NCBI GenBank assembly: GCA_048938855.1
Contig: JBHLLT010000001.1
Location: 288,124-352,123 of the forward strand
Origin: Promethearchaeota archaeon
Lineage (GTDB): Archaea; Asgardarchaeota; Lokiarchaeia; Sigyniarchaeales; SOKP01
Reading direction: 5' to 3'
DNA length: 64,000 nucleotides
Part shown: piece after piece, positions 29,825 through 39,924 of the stretch
Position numbering within the stretch: the first letter of the stretch is position 1
How the letters are laid out: each line of letters starts with the position of its first letter
Position numbers and translations under genes: made by a program
The notes under the pieces: generated by a model
Seen by the model: only the letters and a program-made list of their open reading frames with translations
Told to the model about the DNA's origin: nothing
The model's database searches: none

Positions 29825-30523
29825 TTACTTTCTTTTTCTAATACTTAACACTGAAACAACGGCAATAATTCCTACTGCACCTCCAATACTAAGAACAACT
29901 AGAAGTGTATTATCTGCTTGGGGAATTAATACGGTCCAATAAGAGAATTCGCTTGTTTCGGCTACTAAATATCCATCTTCAACTGTAGTTGGCACAAGTT
30001 CCCATTCTTCAGAACTCTCATTATAGCGTGCCCATTGGCCATTTTGGTTTCGATTATTTGCCTGAATCTTAAGTTGTGCATCACATGTACCATTACAATT
30101 TAATTGTATACAGAATCCTTCATCATATAAATATCTATGTTGGTTTCTCATTTGATAGGTGTACCCTTTCATTAAGCCTAGTTCTGCTTGTTCTTCTGTA
30201 CATGTCATATTCATTAATAAAGGTCCTGAGCCGTTAACTTCCAATATAAAATCTTTTACTCCGATTTCTGATGCATCACAATCTATATTTACTTCAAGAT
30301 CCACATTCGTCATTACAGTTATCCGTGTTTGCATTGCAAATCTGAACATCACCTCGTTATGAGCTTGAATTTGATAATTATAAAGATGCTCATTATTTAT
30401 TGGGACTTCAGTTGGGGTAGTAGCGAGAACATTAGTTGCACCGAAAATTGAAAAAAGCATTAAGAAAGCAAAAGCTCCAAGTGTTATTTTATTAAATTTT
30501 TTCATTTTTTCTTTAAACACCAA
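29825..30523 (-). CDS. Cell-surface protein with signal peptide and C-terminal TM anchor
   Basis: Signal peptide, ectodomain, TM helix, RKRK tail. Confidence 0.8.
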   Translation of the reverse strand: MVFKEKMKKFNKITLGAFAFLMLFSIFGATNVLATTPTEVPINNEHLYNYQIQAHNEVMFRFAMQTRITVMTNVDLEVNIDCDASEIGVKDFILEVNGSGPLLMNMTCTEEQAELGLMKGYTYQMRNQHRYLYDEGFCIQLNCNGTCDAQLKIQANNRNQNGQWARYNESSEEWELVPTTVEDGYLVAETSEFSYWTVLIPQADNTLLVVLSIGGAVGIIAVVSVLSIRKRK

Positions 30524-30679
30524 ATTTGTTCTACTTAGTAAAAAAGAAGTTGGTATTAAAAGGATTAAGGAATATTTCTTCCCAATAACATTGAGAAAGG
30601 AGATTACAAATTAGTATAAGTAAAAATATTGAATTACGCTAACAATAATTCTTAATAGACTAATTAATGTATTTTCTAA

Positions 30680-31651
30680 TTAAAATTTATTTAGCAAGAG
30701 CTCATCAATTTGCTTTATCAAATCTGTTGATAACGGACCTAATTTTAATGCTTTAGCATTTTCTTCAATTTGTTTAACTGTCTTTGCTCCTGGTATTGGA
30801 ATTGTAGTCTCACTAGTAGCCATAAGATAACCAAGTTGCCCTTGAATTAGTGTTCTTCCATCTTGATTCATGATCCGCTTTATTTCAGGAAGTAATTTAT
30901 TAATCGTTAAATAACGTTCTTGAGAAAAATCAACTCCAGCTAACATGTGATCCTCTGCAATTTCAGTATGTTCATTATACTTGCCAGTTAGAATACCAGA
31001 AGCTAATGGGCTTCTAATTAATCCGATTAGATCGTTTTTCTCGCAGAGTTCTATCATTTGATTATTATGTAGAGTTAAGTTCATTGCATATTGTACTGAA
31101 TTGCAATTTTGACCTTCTGCGAACATTTTCATCCGTTCTGGATCATCTGTACTCCATCCATAGCCGCCGATCAAACCCTCTTCCACCAAATCTTCTAAAA
31201 GTAACTGAACTCTTTTTGCATCGTATGGATCATGTTGACTGGAATGCAATTGGTAAATATCAATAAAATCCGTTTGAAGTCGCTTCATACTAGCTCTAAT
31301 TGCTTTTCGAATATAGTCAGGACTAGTATTTTTCTTACTTGGAGTACGAAGATTCCCTTCCTCAAAAACACTGCCAAATTTTGTAGCAATTACAATGTCA
31401 TCTCTATATTCTTTTATTGCTTCACCGAGAACTCTTTCACTTCTTCCCACGCCATAGATATCTGCAGTATCAAATATGTTAATTCCTAATTCTATAGCTC
31501 TATGAACAGTTTTAATCGATTCTTCATCATTTACTTTTCCATAGGCAAGATATGTTCCATCAGATCGTATAAATGGGCCTCCAAGACCAAAACTTCCCAT
31601 TCCTAGGGCACTTACAGTTTTCTTGCTGCATTTTAGCTTTCTTTTTAACAA
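30680..31651 (-). CDS. Aldo/keto reductase
   Basis: FDTADIYG, IATKFG, DIYQLH, SPLASG, PIPGAK. Confidence 0.93.
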   Translation of the reverse strand: MLKRKLKCSKKTVSALGMGSFGLGGPFIRSDGTYLAYGKVNDEESIKTVHRAIELGINIFDTADIYGVGRSERVLGEAIKEYRDDIVIATKFGSVFEEGNLRTPSKKNTSPDYIRKAIRASMKRLQTDFIDIYQLHSSQHDPYDAKRVQLLLEDLVEEGLIGGYGWSTDDPERMKMFAEGQNCNSVQYAMNLTLHNNQMIELCEKNDLIGLIRSPLASGILTGKYNEHTEIAEDHMLAGVDFSQERYLTINKLLPEIKRIMNQDGRTLIQGQLGYLMATSETTIPIPGAKTVKQIEENAKALKLGPLSTDLIKQIDELLLNKF

Positions 31652-32018
31652 AAAATCACCAATCCTTAGAAGATAAAATTATTAGCAGTTTATTTTATAA
31701 TTTCACAGATTAGATTAACCAATCTTATCATTTATTAAGGATTTTTAGCAATTTATAGTTTTAAATGTTGAACTTCATTTGTAGTTCCAATCTAAAAGAT
31801 TCTATCAAAAAATCTAGGTTTTGTAATTTCTAGGCGATAAAATAAATCACACCATAGAAGTCTCAAATCTATCTCAATGATTATGTTATTTTGACTTAAA
31901 TTTTAATACTAGAATTTTGAAAATATTATTATAGCAAATCAAATTAAAATATTTATAAGGAATTCATCTTAAATCTAGTTTAATTTGAATTCAAATACAA
32001 AAACATGGAGAAAAATTT

Positions 32019-34274
32019 ATGTCATTAAAGGATTTCACAAAAGAAGTATTCACTCGATATGGTTTTACTGAAGAACATATTAACATATATTTAGTTTATT
32101 TAAGAGTTCCACGAGCAACACCATCTGAAGTATTCATGACTTTAACAGAAGGAAATGAAGCTTTAACATACGATACTGTGTTAGAAGTCACTAATTGGTT
32201 AGTTGAGAAGGGTTTCCTCAAGAGAGTTGAAGGCATTATAGATAGATACATCCCACTTCAGCCATTTTTTGAGTTATTTACTAACGAATCAGAAAAATTT
32301 AGAAACGAAATCGGTGTAATTAAAGATAATATCTTAGCTGATCAATCTAATCGGTTTGAAAAGCTAGAAGAAATTCAAAACAAGAGTATTGGAGAAGTAG
32401 AGACCGCTGTTGATAAACAAATCACTGAATTTTTCGAAGATTCTGATTCAAAGAATAACGATAAGAGGAATCGTATTGATAGTGCTACTAATCGTTTTAC
32501 TGAAACCACTAAAACATTAGAAAGTAATATACATTCTATTATGGATAACCTTAATTCAAACCTAAAAAATATTTCAGAAACTACTGTTAGTAAAAACGAA
32601 ACTGAAATAAATAAAACTAAAGATAATATTACCAGTATAATTTCAAATTTACTTAATGATTTTTCCGCCAGAGTTGAGAATTTAGATAAAGAATTAAAAA
32701 TGGAACTTGATGAGCATGTAGAAAGACATAAAAATACCGCAAATCAACTTAAACCTAAAATAGATCAAATACTGGAAAAGTATCTCGAGCGGATGGATAG
32801 AGTAGTTACCGATTTAAAAGCTAAAATTTCTAACTTATTAAAAGAACATACCACACATTTAAATAATACAACTGATACTCTCCAAACACGTCTAAAAGCT
32901 ATAGTTGATGAGAGGCATCGAACTTTAACGGAGCAAACAAATGAGTTTAAAAATATGACATTGACTTTAATTGATAACTTACTTGAACATGCTAATAGAT
33001 TTACTGATTTTTCAGAAGATATGGGTAAAAAAGGCTTTTTCTGGATGGGAAAGAAAAAGAAATACAAAGCTCGACATGAAACAACTATTCAAAATATTTT
33101 ACAATACACCGAACCAATGAAACCTGATTTTACTAAGACTTGTGATGATTATATCACAAACACTCGAAGTACAACTGATAGTATTAAAACTGATGTAACT
33201 GATACAATGGTAAATGAAAATGATGGATTAGCAAATGAAACTAACGATCTTGACTATAAAGCACAAGAAACTATAGAAGCACAATTAGAGACTCTCGCTA
33301 CTGATTTAGCGGGAGAAGTAGACGATACCTTACAAACTGGTGTGAAAGATTGTTCTGATACAACAATAAAGTTAAAAGATACTTCAGAAAGCTCACTTAA
33401 ATCACACCATAGACAATATGATGAAGCAATAAACAATCACAAAGAAAGTTCATTGAAACATTATACTGATTTTGATCTTGAAGTAAAAAGAATAAGTGCA
33501 GATTGGACCAGAGATGTTAATACTAATTTTGAAAATGGCAAAAGAAATTGTTCAGAAAAAATAGATAGTGAAATACGATTATGGAATGCTGAAGCGAAAG
33601 ATACGGATACTAATTTAACCGATATGTTAGCAGATCATAAATCTAAATATGAACAAAACGCTAAAACACTTCAGAATAGTTTATCAAACACAACAAAAGA
33701 TACTATTCAAAATGTTAAAGATGCAATCGCAGATTTTACTCTGCAATTTATGAATTCAATTGATGATGCTACTGAATTAGGAGAAAGTAGTGAGAGTAAA
33801 TTAATTGATATTCATAATGCTTCAAGTTCAATTCCGGAAATCGCTAAAGTTACAACTTGGCCTGTGGTTGGAAAAGACGCCATGGTTGCGGCCATAAAAG
33901 ATGCTATTTATCGAGTAAAATCTTCGATTATAATCGTCACTCCATATGTGGTACCTGATATTTTACAGGTAGTTTCTGAGTATGCTTTCCAGAAAAAGGC
34001 AGCAAGGTTCATGCTCACCTCCCACTGGGATCTTTCCCAATACTCTGGAATTATAGGGAAGATGAAGCAACTTGGGAACATTCAATTTCGACAATTACAG
34101 ACAGCAGGAGAGTTTTTCGCGGTTACTAGAGATGCGGAGGAAGTCATCCTAGCCCCTGCCACAGATAAGGAAACCGAAATGATTGCTGTGGTTTCCAATC
34201 AAGAAGGATATTCAAAGTTATATAGTCAATTCATAGGACCAATCTTTCAGGCAAATTCGAGACCAATACGGTGA
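32019..34274 (+). CDS. TrmB-like wHTH, about 520-aa helical region, TrmB/PLD-like C-terminal domain
   Basis: YGFTEEHINIY..LVEKGFL..RYIP at the N-terminus; KSSIIIVTP...NIQFRQL...TRDAEEVILAP at the C-terminus. Confidence 0.7.
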   Translation: MSLKDFTKEVFTRYGFTEEHINIYLVYLRVPRATPSEVFMTLTEGNEALTYDTVLEVTNWLVEKGFLKRVEGIIDRYIPLQPFFELFTNESEKFRNEIGVIKDNILADQSNRFEKLEEIQNKSIGEVETAVDKQITEFFEDSDSKNNDKRNRIDSATNRFTETTKTLESNIHSIMDNLNSNLKNISETTVSKNETEINKTKDNITSIISNLLNDFSARVENLDKELKMELDEHVERHKNTANQLKPKIDQILEKYLERMDRVVTDLKAKISNLLKEHTTHLNNTTDTLQTRLKAIVDERHRTLTEQTNEFKNMTLTLIDNLLEHANRFTDFSEDMGKKGFFWMGKKKKYKARHETTIQNILQYTEPMKPDFTKTCDDYITNTRSTTDSIKTDVTDTMVNENDGLANETNDLDYKAQETIEAQLETLATDLAGEVDDTLQTGVKDCSDTTIKLKDTSESSLKSHHRQYDEAINNHKESSLKHYTDFDLEVKRISADWTRDVNTNFENGKRNCSEKIDSEIRLWNAEAKDTDTNLTDMLADHKSKYEQNAKTLQNSLSNTTKDTIQNVKDAIADFTLQFMNSIDDATELGESSESKLIDIHNASSSIPEIAKVTTWPVVGKDAMVAAIKDAIYRVKSSIIIVTPYVVPDILQVVSEYAFQKKAARFMLTSHWDLSQYSGIIGKMKQLGNIQFRQLQTAGEFFAVTRDAEEVILAPATDKETEMIAVVSNQEGYSKLYSQFIGPIFQANSRPIR

Positions 34275-34490
34275 TTTCAGCAGAGAAAAAAGTCGAGAAA
34301 CAAAAACAAAACAAATTAAAAGAGTTTAGATATTTTTTCAATATTTTTTATTTATTAATAATTTCTATAGTATTACAAAACTATACTATAATTTCACCTT
34401 TTCTTTTCTATTTTTATATGTAAATTTGAATTTCAATTTTACAATAATGTTAAATAAATATAAAAATCTTTATTAATTCGATAAAAAGAA

Positions 34491-34916
34491 CTACCAATCT
34501 TTTTTAATCAATTTGTTTAAATCATGATATTCAGTTATTATCCAATTCATTATCTCTGATACTACTTCTTTAGATTCATTTTGTTCATTAAAAATTCGAT
34601 TTAAGTCATAAACGGGGAGTCCTACTCTGGTATATTGTAATCGTTCTTGCTCAAATCCGTTCTGAAGTAAGTGAACATTTACAATTTCTCTGATAAGTGG
34701 CGAAGTTATCAAATTCAGGTTTGTTGAAACTAAAAATCGTACTACTTGTTCAGTAATTTTTTTTGCATTAATTTTTGTAATATTTGTCTCCTTTAGGAGA
34801 GATTGGTAAATAAATCCTGGATGAAAAATATAGGTACCGGCTTTAGTATGAACTCTTGGCAGAAAATTTGAAAATTCAGGAAGTAGAGCGCTAGATTTCT
34901 TACTTTTTACAGACAC
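34491..34916 (-). CDS. Stand-alone ATP-cone protein resembling the N-terminus of archaeal NrdD
   Basis: SLLKET..AKKITEQV..ITSPLIREIVN..LL..G....YTRVGLPVYD. Confidence 0.75.
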   Translation of the reverse strand: MSVKSKKSSALLPEFSNFLPRVHTKAGTYIFHPGFIYQSLLKETNITKINAKKITEQVVRFLVSTNLNLITSPLIREIVNVHLLQNGFEQERLQYTRVGLPVYDLNRIFNEQNESKEVVSEIMNWIITEYHDLNKLIKKDW

Positions 34917-35059
34917 GATTTAAAAATAGTATATTATTATTTAAGTAAAAAAAGATAAGGATTGTAAATAACTAATTGTAATATTGTAATATATACATCA
35001 ATTTAAAAATGGTTTAATGGGATTTGTTAAGATTCAGTATTCTTTTTTTATAATTTTGT

Positions 35060-36193
35060 TTAGAGTTGTATCCATATAGCAACCTCATTCGCGTCCCAAG
35101 CTGTGCCTAATATATCGATTTTATTATCATTGTTAATATCTATGGCAGAACAAGAAGAAGCACCATCAAAATTTGCTCCAACAACATGTTCAGCGAACCC
35201 TATGTTTCCAAAATTTTCAAACCAACTCACTTTATCTGCGAAAACTGCTGCACCAATAATATCAAAATCTCCATCTTTATCGAGATCAATCGGAAAAACA
35301 GAATTAGGTGCATTAACGGTAGAAACTTTATGTCTAATAAATACCAGATTACCAACATTTTCAAACCAATCGTTTGTATTTTGGGTTACCGAATTGGCAC
35401 AAATATCAATATCTCCATCATTATCCATATCGATAGGTTGTAGATCATGAACTCGTGCATAATTTGTTGTGAGTTGGATTTTTGTAAAGTTCTCTAAGCC
35501 ATCATTTTCCCAACAACAAATTTCTCCAGTATAGATATCTGACGTAGCACCAGTAATAATATCCACATCATTATCATTGTCTAAATCTGCAGCAAAAATG
35601 GATGCATGTCCTTCGTCTGATATTTCCGGATATCCGATTGAGATGATATGTTCGGTAAAGGTTTGATTTCCATCATTCTCCCACCAGGTAACTTCTTGAA
35701 TACCTGTACTTAGAATATCATTATCTCCATCAAGGTCAACGTCATAAGTATTAATGCTGTAAGCAGATTCATAATTTATAGCAATTACATGTTTTGTAAA
35801 TATTGAATCATTGTTTTCCCACCATGCAAGCTGATCACCCGACCAACTTGGTCCTAAAACATCTGGATCTCCATCCAAGTCTACATCACCAACGTTAATA
35901 AAGAATACTTCGGGAAAATTATTTTCAATGATATGTTGAGTGAAATTGAGATCATTATTTTCCCACCAAGCAATGTCACCAAGCCCATCTGATGATGAGA
36001 TTACATCAATGTCTCCATCTCCATCAACATCGGCTCCATAAATTCGTCCGGGTTGAATAAAATTACTGGCTAAAATAATCTTTGTAAAATTTGGTAAATT
36101 AGTGTAATGTAAGAGTGTTAAGTTTAATCCAATTCCAACAGTAGCACCAGCAACGATAATTAAAGTTAAAACTATTTGTAGAGTTTTTTTCAA
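35060..36193 (-). CDS. Membrane-anchored FG-GAP/VCBS repeat beta-propeller
   Basis: Seven DxDxDGDxD-type repeats, most followed by WxEN; N-terminal TM. Confidence 0.9.
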   Translation of the reverse strand: MKKTLQIVLTLIIVAGATVGIGLNLTLLHYTNLPNFTKIILASNFIQPGRIYGADVDGDGDIDVISSSDGLGDIAWWENNDLNFTQHIIENNFPEVFFINVGDVDLDGDPDVLGPSWSGDQLAWWENNDSIFTKHVIAINYESAYSINTYDVDLDGDNDILSTGIQEVTWWENDGNQTFTEHIISIGYPEISDEGHASIFAADLDNDNDVDIITGATSDIYTGEICCWENDGLENFTKIQLTTNYARVHDLQPIDMDNDGDIDICANSVTQNTNDWFENVGNLVFIRHKVSTVNAPNSVFPIDLDKDGDFDIIGAAVFADKVSWFENFGNIGFAEHVVGANFDGASSCSAIDINNDNKIDILGTAWDANEVAIWIQL

Positions 36194-36364
36194 AATATAA
36201 CTACACCAAATTCATTAAAGTTTGTTAAGGTGCTTTAATTTAAATTATATATAATTCTTATGATAGAAAGGTTTTTTTTTCTCAATATTACGATTTTTGA
36301 GATAATAAATATTTAGACAATGAAATACTAATTTCAATTAGTTGACTATAGATAAATCTTTTAA

Positions 36365-37624
36365 ATGACTGATGATATGTCTGAAAAAAAAGTTGAATTA
36401 ATGGCTCCATTAAAAAATTATAAATCCTTAAATGCAGTGTTAGGGAAAGCTGATGCTGTATATTTTGGTGTTGAATCATTTAACATGAGAATGTATAGTG
36501 ATAATTTTAAACTGCAAGATTTAAAGAATATTGTAAAAGATTGTCATGAAAATAATACTCATGCATATCTAACTACAAATATAGTAATTTACGAAAACGA
36601 ATTCTCTCTATTAGATAAAATATTAGATAGAGCTGTAGAGGCTGAAATCGATGCGGTGATTATTCATGATATTGGTGCTATTCAGTTAGCAAAAGAAAAG
36701 GGATTAAATTTTCACATATCCACCCAAGCTAATATTTCTAATTCTCGATCAGCAAAATTTTATGAGTCGTTAGGAGCTCAAAGGTTAATTCTTGCAAGAG
36801 AATTATCGCTTGAGCAAATTAAAGAAATTAAAAATAATATAAATAAATGTGAAATTGAAACTTTCGTTCACGGAGCCCAATGTACTTCAATTTCTGGTCG
36901 TTGTTATTTCTCCGCTGAAATTTGCCAATCTCAAGATTACTCAGCCAATAGAGGGAAATGCGTCCAACCTTGCAGAAGAAAATGGCGAGTTTATGATGAT
37001 CAAGATAACCAGTTTCTCTATGATGGCGTTTTTTTTATTAATACAAAGGATCTCTGTATGATAGAACACATTCCAAAATTAATTGATGCTGGCATTGATG
37101 CATTTAAGATTGAAGGTCGAATGAGAGATCCAATATATATTGAAGAAGCGACATTATGTTATAGGGAGGCTATTGATTCTTATTATAATAATACTTTTAC
37201 TCAGGATAAGGTTAAACAATGGCTTAATCGATTAAATAGAGTATATAATAGAGGTTTTTCTACGGGATTTTATTTTGGATTGCCAAAAGGGAGTGAAATT
37301 CAGAGAGAATATGATGGTAATATCTCTGATTATAAAAAAATTGAGATTGGAAAAGTCTTGAATTACTATCCAGAAAAGAAGGCAGTCAAAATTCTTTTAA
37401 CAGCGGGTCAACTCAAATTAAAAGATGAAATTTTCATTATAGGAACACACACAGATACATATCTTAGACAGGAAATAAAGTCTATTCAAATTAAGCAAAA
37501 GAAAAATTTGACTGAAACCCCACAGGTTTTTTCTAAGGAAGAACGAATAGCAGTGGGTATAACTGTTGATAAACCAGTTAAAAAAAATGATAAAGTTTTC
37601 AAGTTAGAACGAGTGGATAATTAA
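36365..37624 (+). CDS. U32 peptidase family Fe-S protein (TrhP/RlhA-like RNA hydroxylation)
   Basis: ADAVYFG, STQAN, LARELS, HGAQCTSISGRC..NRGKCVQPCR, KIEGR. Confidence 0.9.
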   Translation: MTDDMSEKKVELMAPLKNYKSLNAVLGKADAVYFGVESFNMRMYSDNFKLQDLKNIVKDCHENNTHAYLTTNIVIYENEFSLLDKILDRAVEAEIDAVIIHDIGAIQLAKEKGLNFHISTQANISNSRSAKFYESLGAQRLILARELSLEQIKEIKNNINKCEIETFVHGAQCTSISGRCYFSAEICQSQDYSANRGKCVQPCRRKWRVYDDQDNQFLYDGVFFINTKDLCMIEHIPKLIDAGIDAFKIEGRMRDPIYIEEATLCYREAIDSYYNNTFTQDKVKQWLNRLNRVYNRGFSTGFYFGLPKGSEIQREYDGNISDYKKIEIGKVLNYYPEKKAVKILLTAGQLKLKDEIFIIGTHTDTYLRQEIKSIQIKQKKNLTETPQVFSKEERIAVGITVDKPVKKNDKVFKLERVDN

Positions 37625-37632
37625 AAATTAAA

Positions 37633-38937
37633 TTAGTCCCATTTGGGACCTCCTGATTTTTCTACTGTATTATCATCGTCTTCGGAGTGAATTCTTTTAA
37701 GATCTATATCTTGATAACCGGGAAGAACACCTAACATCCTTCTCATGGCAAATTCAACATCTTTAGCGCTTGCAATAAATCTTCCAACAATTAAAATATC
37801 TGCTCCTTGATCTAATGCATATGATGCACTGCTTGGTTCAATTCCTCCAGCAACAGCTACTAACACTCTATCTCTTCCTGAAGCTTTCTTTTGATTTGCA
37901 TATAATTCTTTAATTTTTGGAACTAATGCCCATCTTGCTTTTTGAGAAGCATCTGGAGAGCTAGCTCCTTCTGTTGATTGCTCAACGTCAATTGCTCTAT
38001 GTATTATTACAACATCAGGTGTTTGTCTTAATGAACTGAGTTTCTCAACCGGGTTTTGAACTTCCATTGTATCAACAAAAGCATGTATCCCTAATCTTTG
38101 TGCTTCTAATATAAACTTATCAAGAGAAGCTGTTGCAGCTAAACCACTAGCAACAACAGCATCTGCAGTGGCATCAAAAGCAAAGTCAACTTCTAACTTT
38201 CCAACGTCTAACGTCTTTAAATCCGCAACAATAAATTTATCTCTAGCCACTTCACGGATCTTTTTAATAGACTCAACACCATATTTTTTAAGAAAAGGAG
38301 TGCCCACTTCGAGTATAATTCGGTCGCTTTTTGGCAATTCTTTAACAACTTTCATTTGTCTTTCCAGAGCAGGATGATCTAAAGCTACCTGGATATATGG
38401 GGGTCTCCAGAGTCTAGGAACTCGAATTCCAGCAACAGGGTGTTTTGCTCGATCTTTATCATAAAATATCTTCTCAATTGGGGGATAACTTTTTAGAGCT
38501 CTCTGGATTGCTAATTTTGTAGCCCCATAATTGTATTGATAAATTTTACGATAATCTTTAGCTTCTGGATGTATATACACGCTTGCTATAATAAGCCAAT
38601 CCTCTATTTTATTCATAGGAATAAGACCTTCTTCGACAGCATCAGCTATCCCTTTAGCAACCGCAGCCTGAGCAGGTCCAAAGATTTTGCTCGCATCTTC
38701 CATTTTGGCAACAGTGACTTTAGGAACTATTAAACTAACTGGTTTTGCCAATAGATTAGGGCGGATTCCTGCGAGTAATCCGCCATGACCTTTAGAAGGT
38801 GTACTTAACGCATTCGCGAAAGAAACTCCTACAGGTCCATCCTTAGATCCAATAATCAAATCTATGTGTGCTAAATTTGGATCACTAGCATCTCCCACAA
38901 GTGCCTCGCCGACATAATATTCAATAGCTTTAGGCAT
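37633..38937 (-). CDS. fae-hps: Bifunctional formaldehyde-activating enzyme / 3-hexulose-6-phosphate synthase
   Basis: GEALVG..AHIDLIIG, FGPAQAAVA, YNYGATK; PPYIQVALD, ADLKTLDVG, HRAIDVE, VAGG. Confidence 0.93.
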   Translation of the reverse strand: MPKAIEYYVGEALVGDASDPNLAHIDLIIGSKDGPVGVSFANALSTPSKGHGGLLAGIRPNLLAKPVSLIVPKVTVAKMEDASKIFGPAQAAVAKGIADAVEEGLIPMNKIEDWLIIASVYIHPEAKDYRKIYQYNYGATKLAIQRALKSYPPIEKIFYDKDRAKHPVAGIRVPRLWRPPYIQVALDHPALERQMKVVKELPKSDRIILEVGTPFLKKYGVESIKKIREVARDKFIVADLKTLDVGKLEVDFAFDATADAVVASGLAATASLDKFILEAQRLGIHAFVDTMEVQNPVEKLSSLRQTPDVVIIHRAIDVEQSTEGASSPDASQKARWALVPKIKELYANQKKASGRDRVLVAVAGGIEPSSASYALDQGADILIVGRFIASAKDVEFAMRRMLGVLPGYQDIDLKRIHSEDDDNTVEKSGGPKWD

Positions 38938-39247
38938 GATTTTCACTTTATTTTTTTACTTTGAGTTTAAATTTTTGTATAATTTTGCTGAGTTTTTCTA
39001 TTTATAATAGTGTGTGTTATGGATAATATAAAAAATTGATTATCTACATTATTTGAGAGTTAATCTTCCATTAATAAAATTATCCTTGCTTGAAATTAAA
39101 AATAGCCAATAGAAAGAATTGTTAAAATCTTTAATATTCACAGTTTATTTGTATTTTTTTCAGAGAGTACGGAAATTTTATATATTTGAATTGACATTTA
39201 TATCAAAAAGCAAAATGTTAAATTACAGAGTATAGAGGGAAAAATAA

Positions 39248-39550
39248 GTGGTATATACAATGACTGAAGGGAAATTCCCTAAAAAGCCGGGATATGGAAA
39301 TATTATAGTCACCTGTAGAAAAGATTTTAGAAATTTTAAAAAAGATAATGGAAATAGACTGATTGAACATTTTCAATCAAGAATCGAATTATTTCAGCAA
39401 TTGGGTGCTCCTAACAAGGAAGTTTTAACTCAAAAAGAGGAATTAGAAAGTGTGAGAAAACTACTCCAAGAAGGCAAAGAAGAGGTTGCATTCTCAGTAT
39501 TTTTTCGGACTTTTCCAAGTTGTCTACCTCACAGATCACATAACCTGTAA
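39248..39550 (+). CDS. Hypothetical protein
   Basis: ATG at 39260 within the ORF, upstream TATA-like TTTATATA, plausible composition. Confidence 0.6.
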   Translation: MVYTMTEGKFPKKPGYGNIIVTCRKDFRNFKKDNGNRLIEHFQSRIELFQQLGAPNKEVLTQKEELESVRKLLQEGKEEVAFSVFFRTFPSCLPHRSHNL

Positions 39551-39565
39551 GAAAAATGACTTATT

Positions 39566-39892
39566 TCATAAGTTTTCGATAGATTTTATTTTCCACAAGT
39601 AATTTTCAAGATCTACCTTAAATCCATCTGAAATTTTAATCCCTTCCTGTTCTAAAAGGTTTTTTTGATATTGTCGGTCTTCTATTGATTTAAGAGATAT
39701 GTTTCCATTTGAACTGATGACCCTATGCCAAGGTAAATTATATTTTTTGGAGGATGAATGTAAAACCCATGAAACTTGGCGAGCAGCTTTTGGATTTCCT
39801 GCTAGTTTGGCAATGAATCCATACGTAAGAACCTTTCCTGCTGGTATGGATTTAATAATATGAATAATTTGCTCAGTAAAATCACTAGGAAT
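39566..39892 (-). CDS. Alkyltransferase-like (ATL, MGMT family) protein with apparent ATT start (not in the ORF track)
   Basis: (I/M)PSDFTEQIIHIIKSIPAGKVLTYGFIAKLAGNPKAARQVSW..LPWHRVISSNG..LLEQEG; PWHRV is the ATL signature. Confidence 0.85.
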   Translation of the reverse strand: MPSDFTEQIIHIIKSIPAGKVLTYGFIAKLAGNPKAARQVSWVLHSSSKKYNLPWHRVISSNGNISLKSIEDRQYQKNLLEQEGIKISDGFKVDLENYLWKIKSIENL

Positions 39893-39924
39893 TATAATAC
39901 ACCCATTAAGATTATAACATATAA

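Noticed and set aside
29930-29975. Autoproteolytic HFS-type motif in the surface protein
   Set aside because: The sequence reads TSEFSY and lacks the His.
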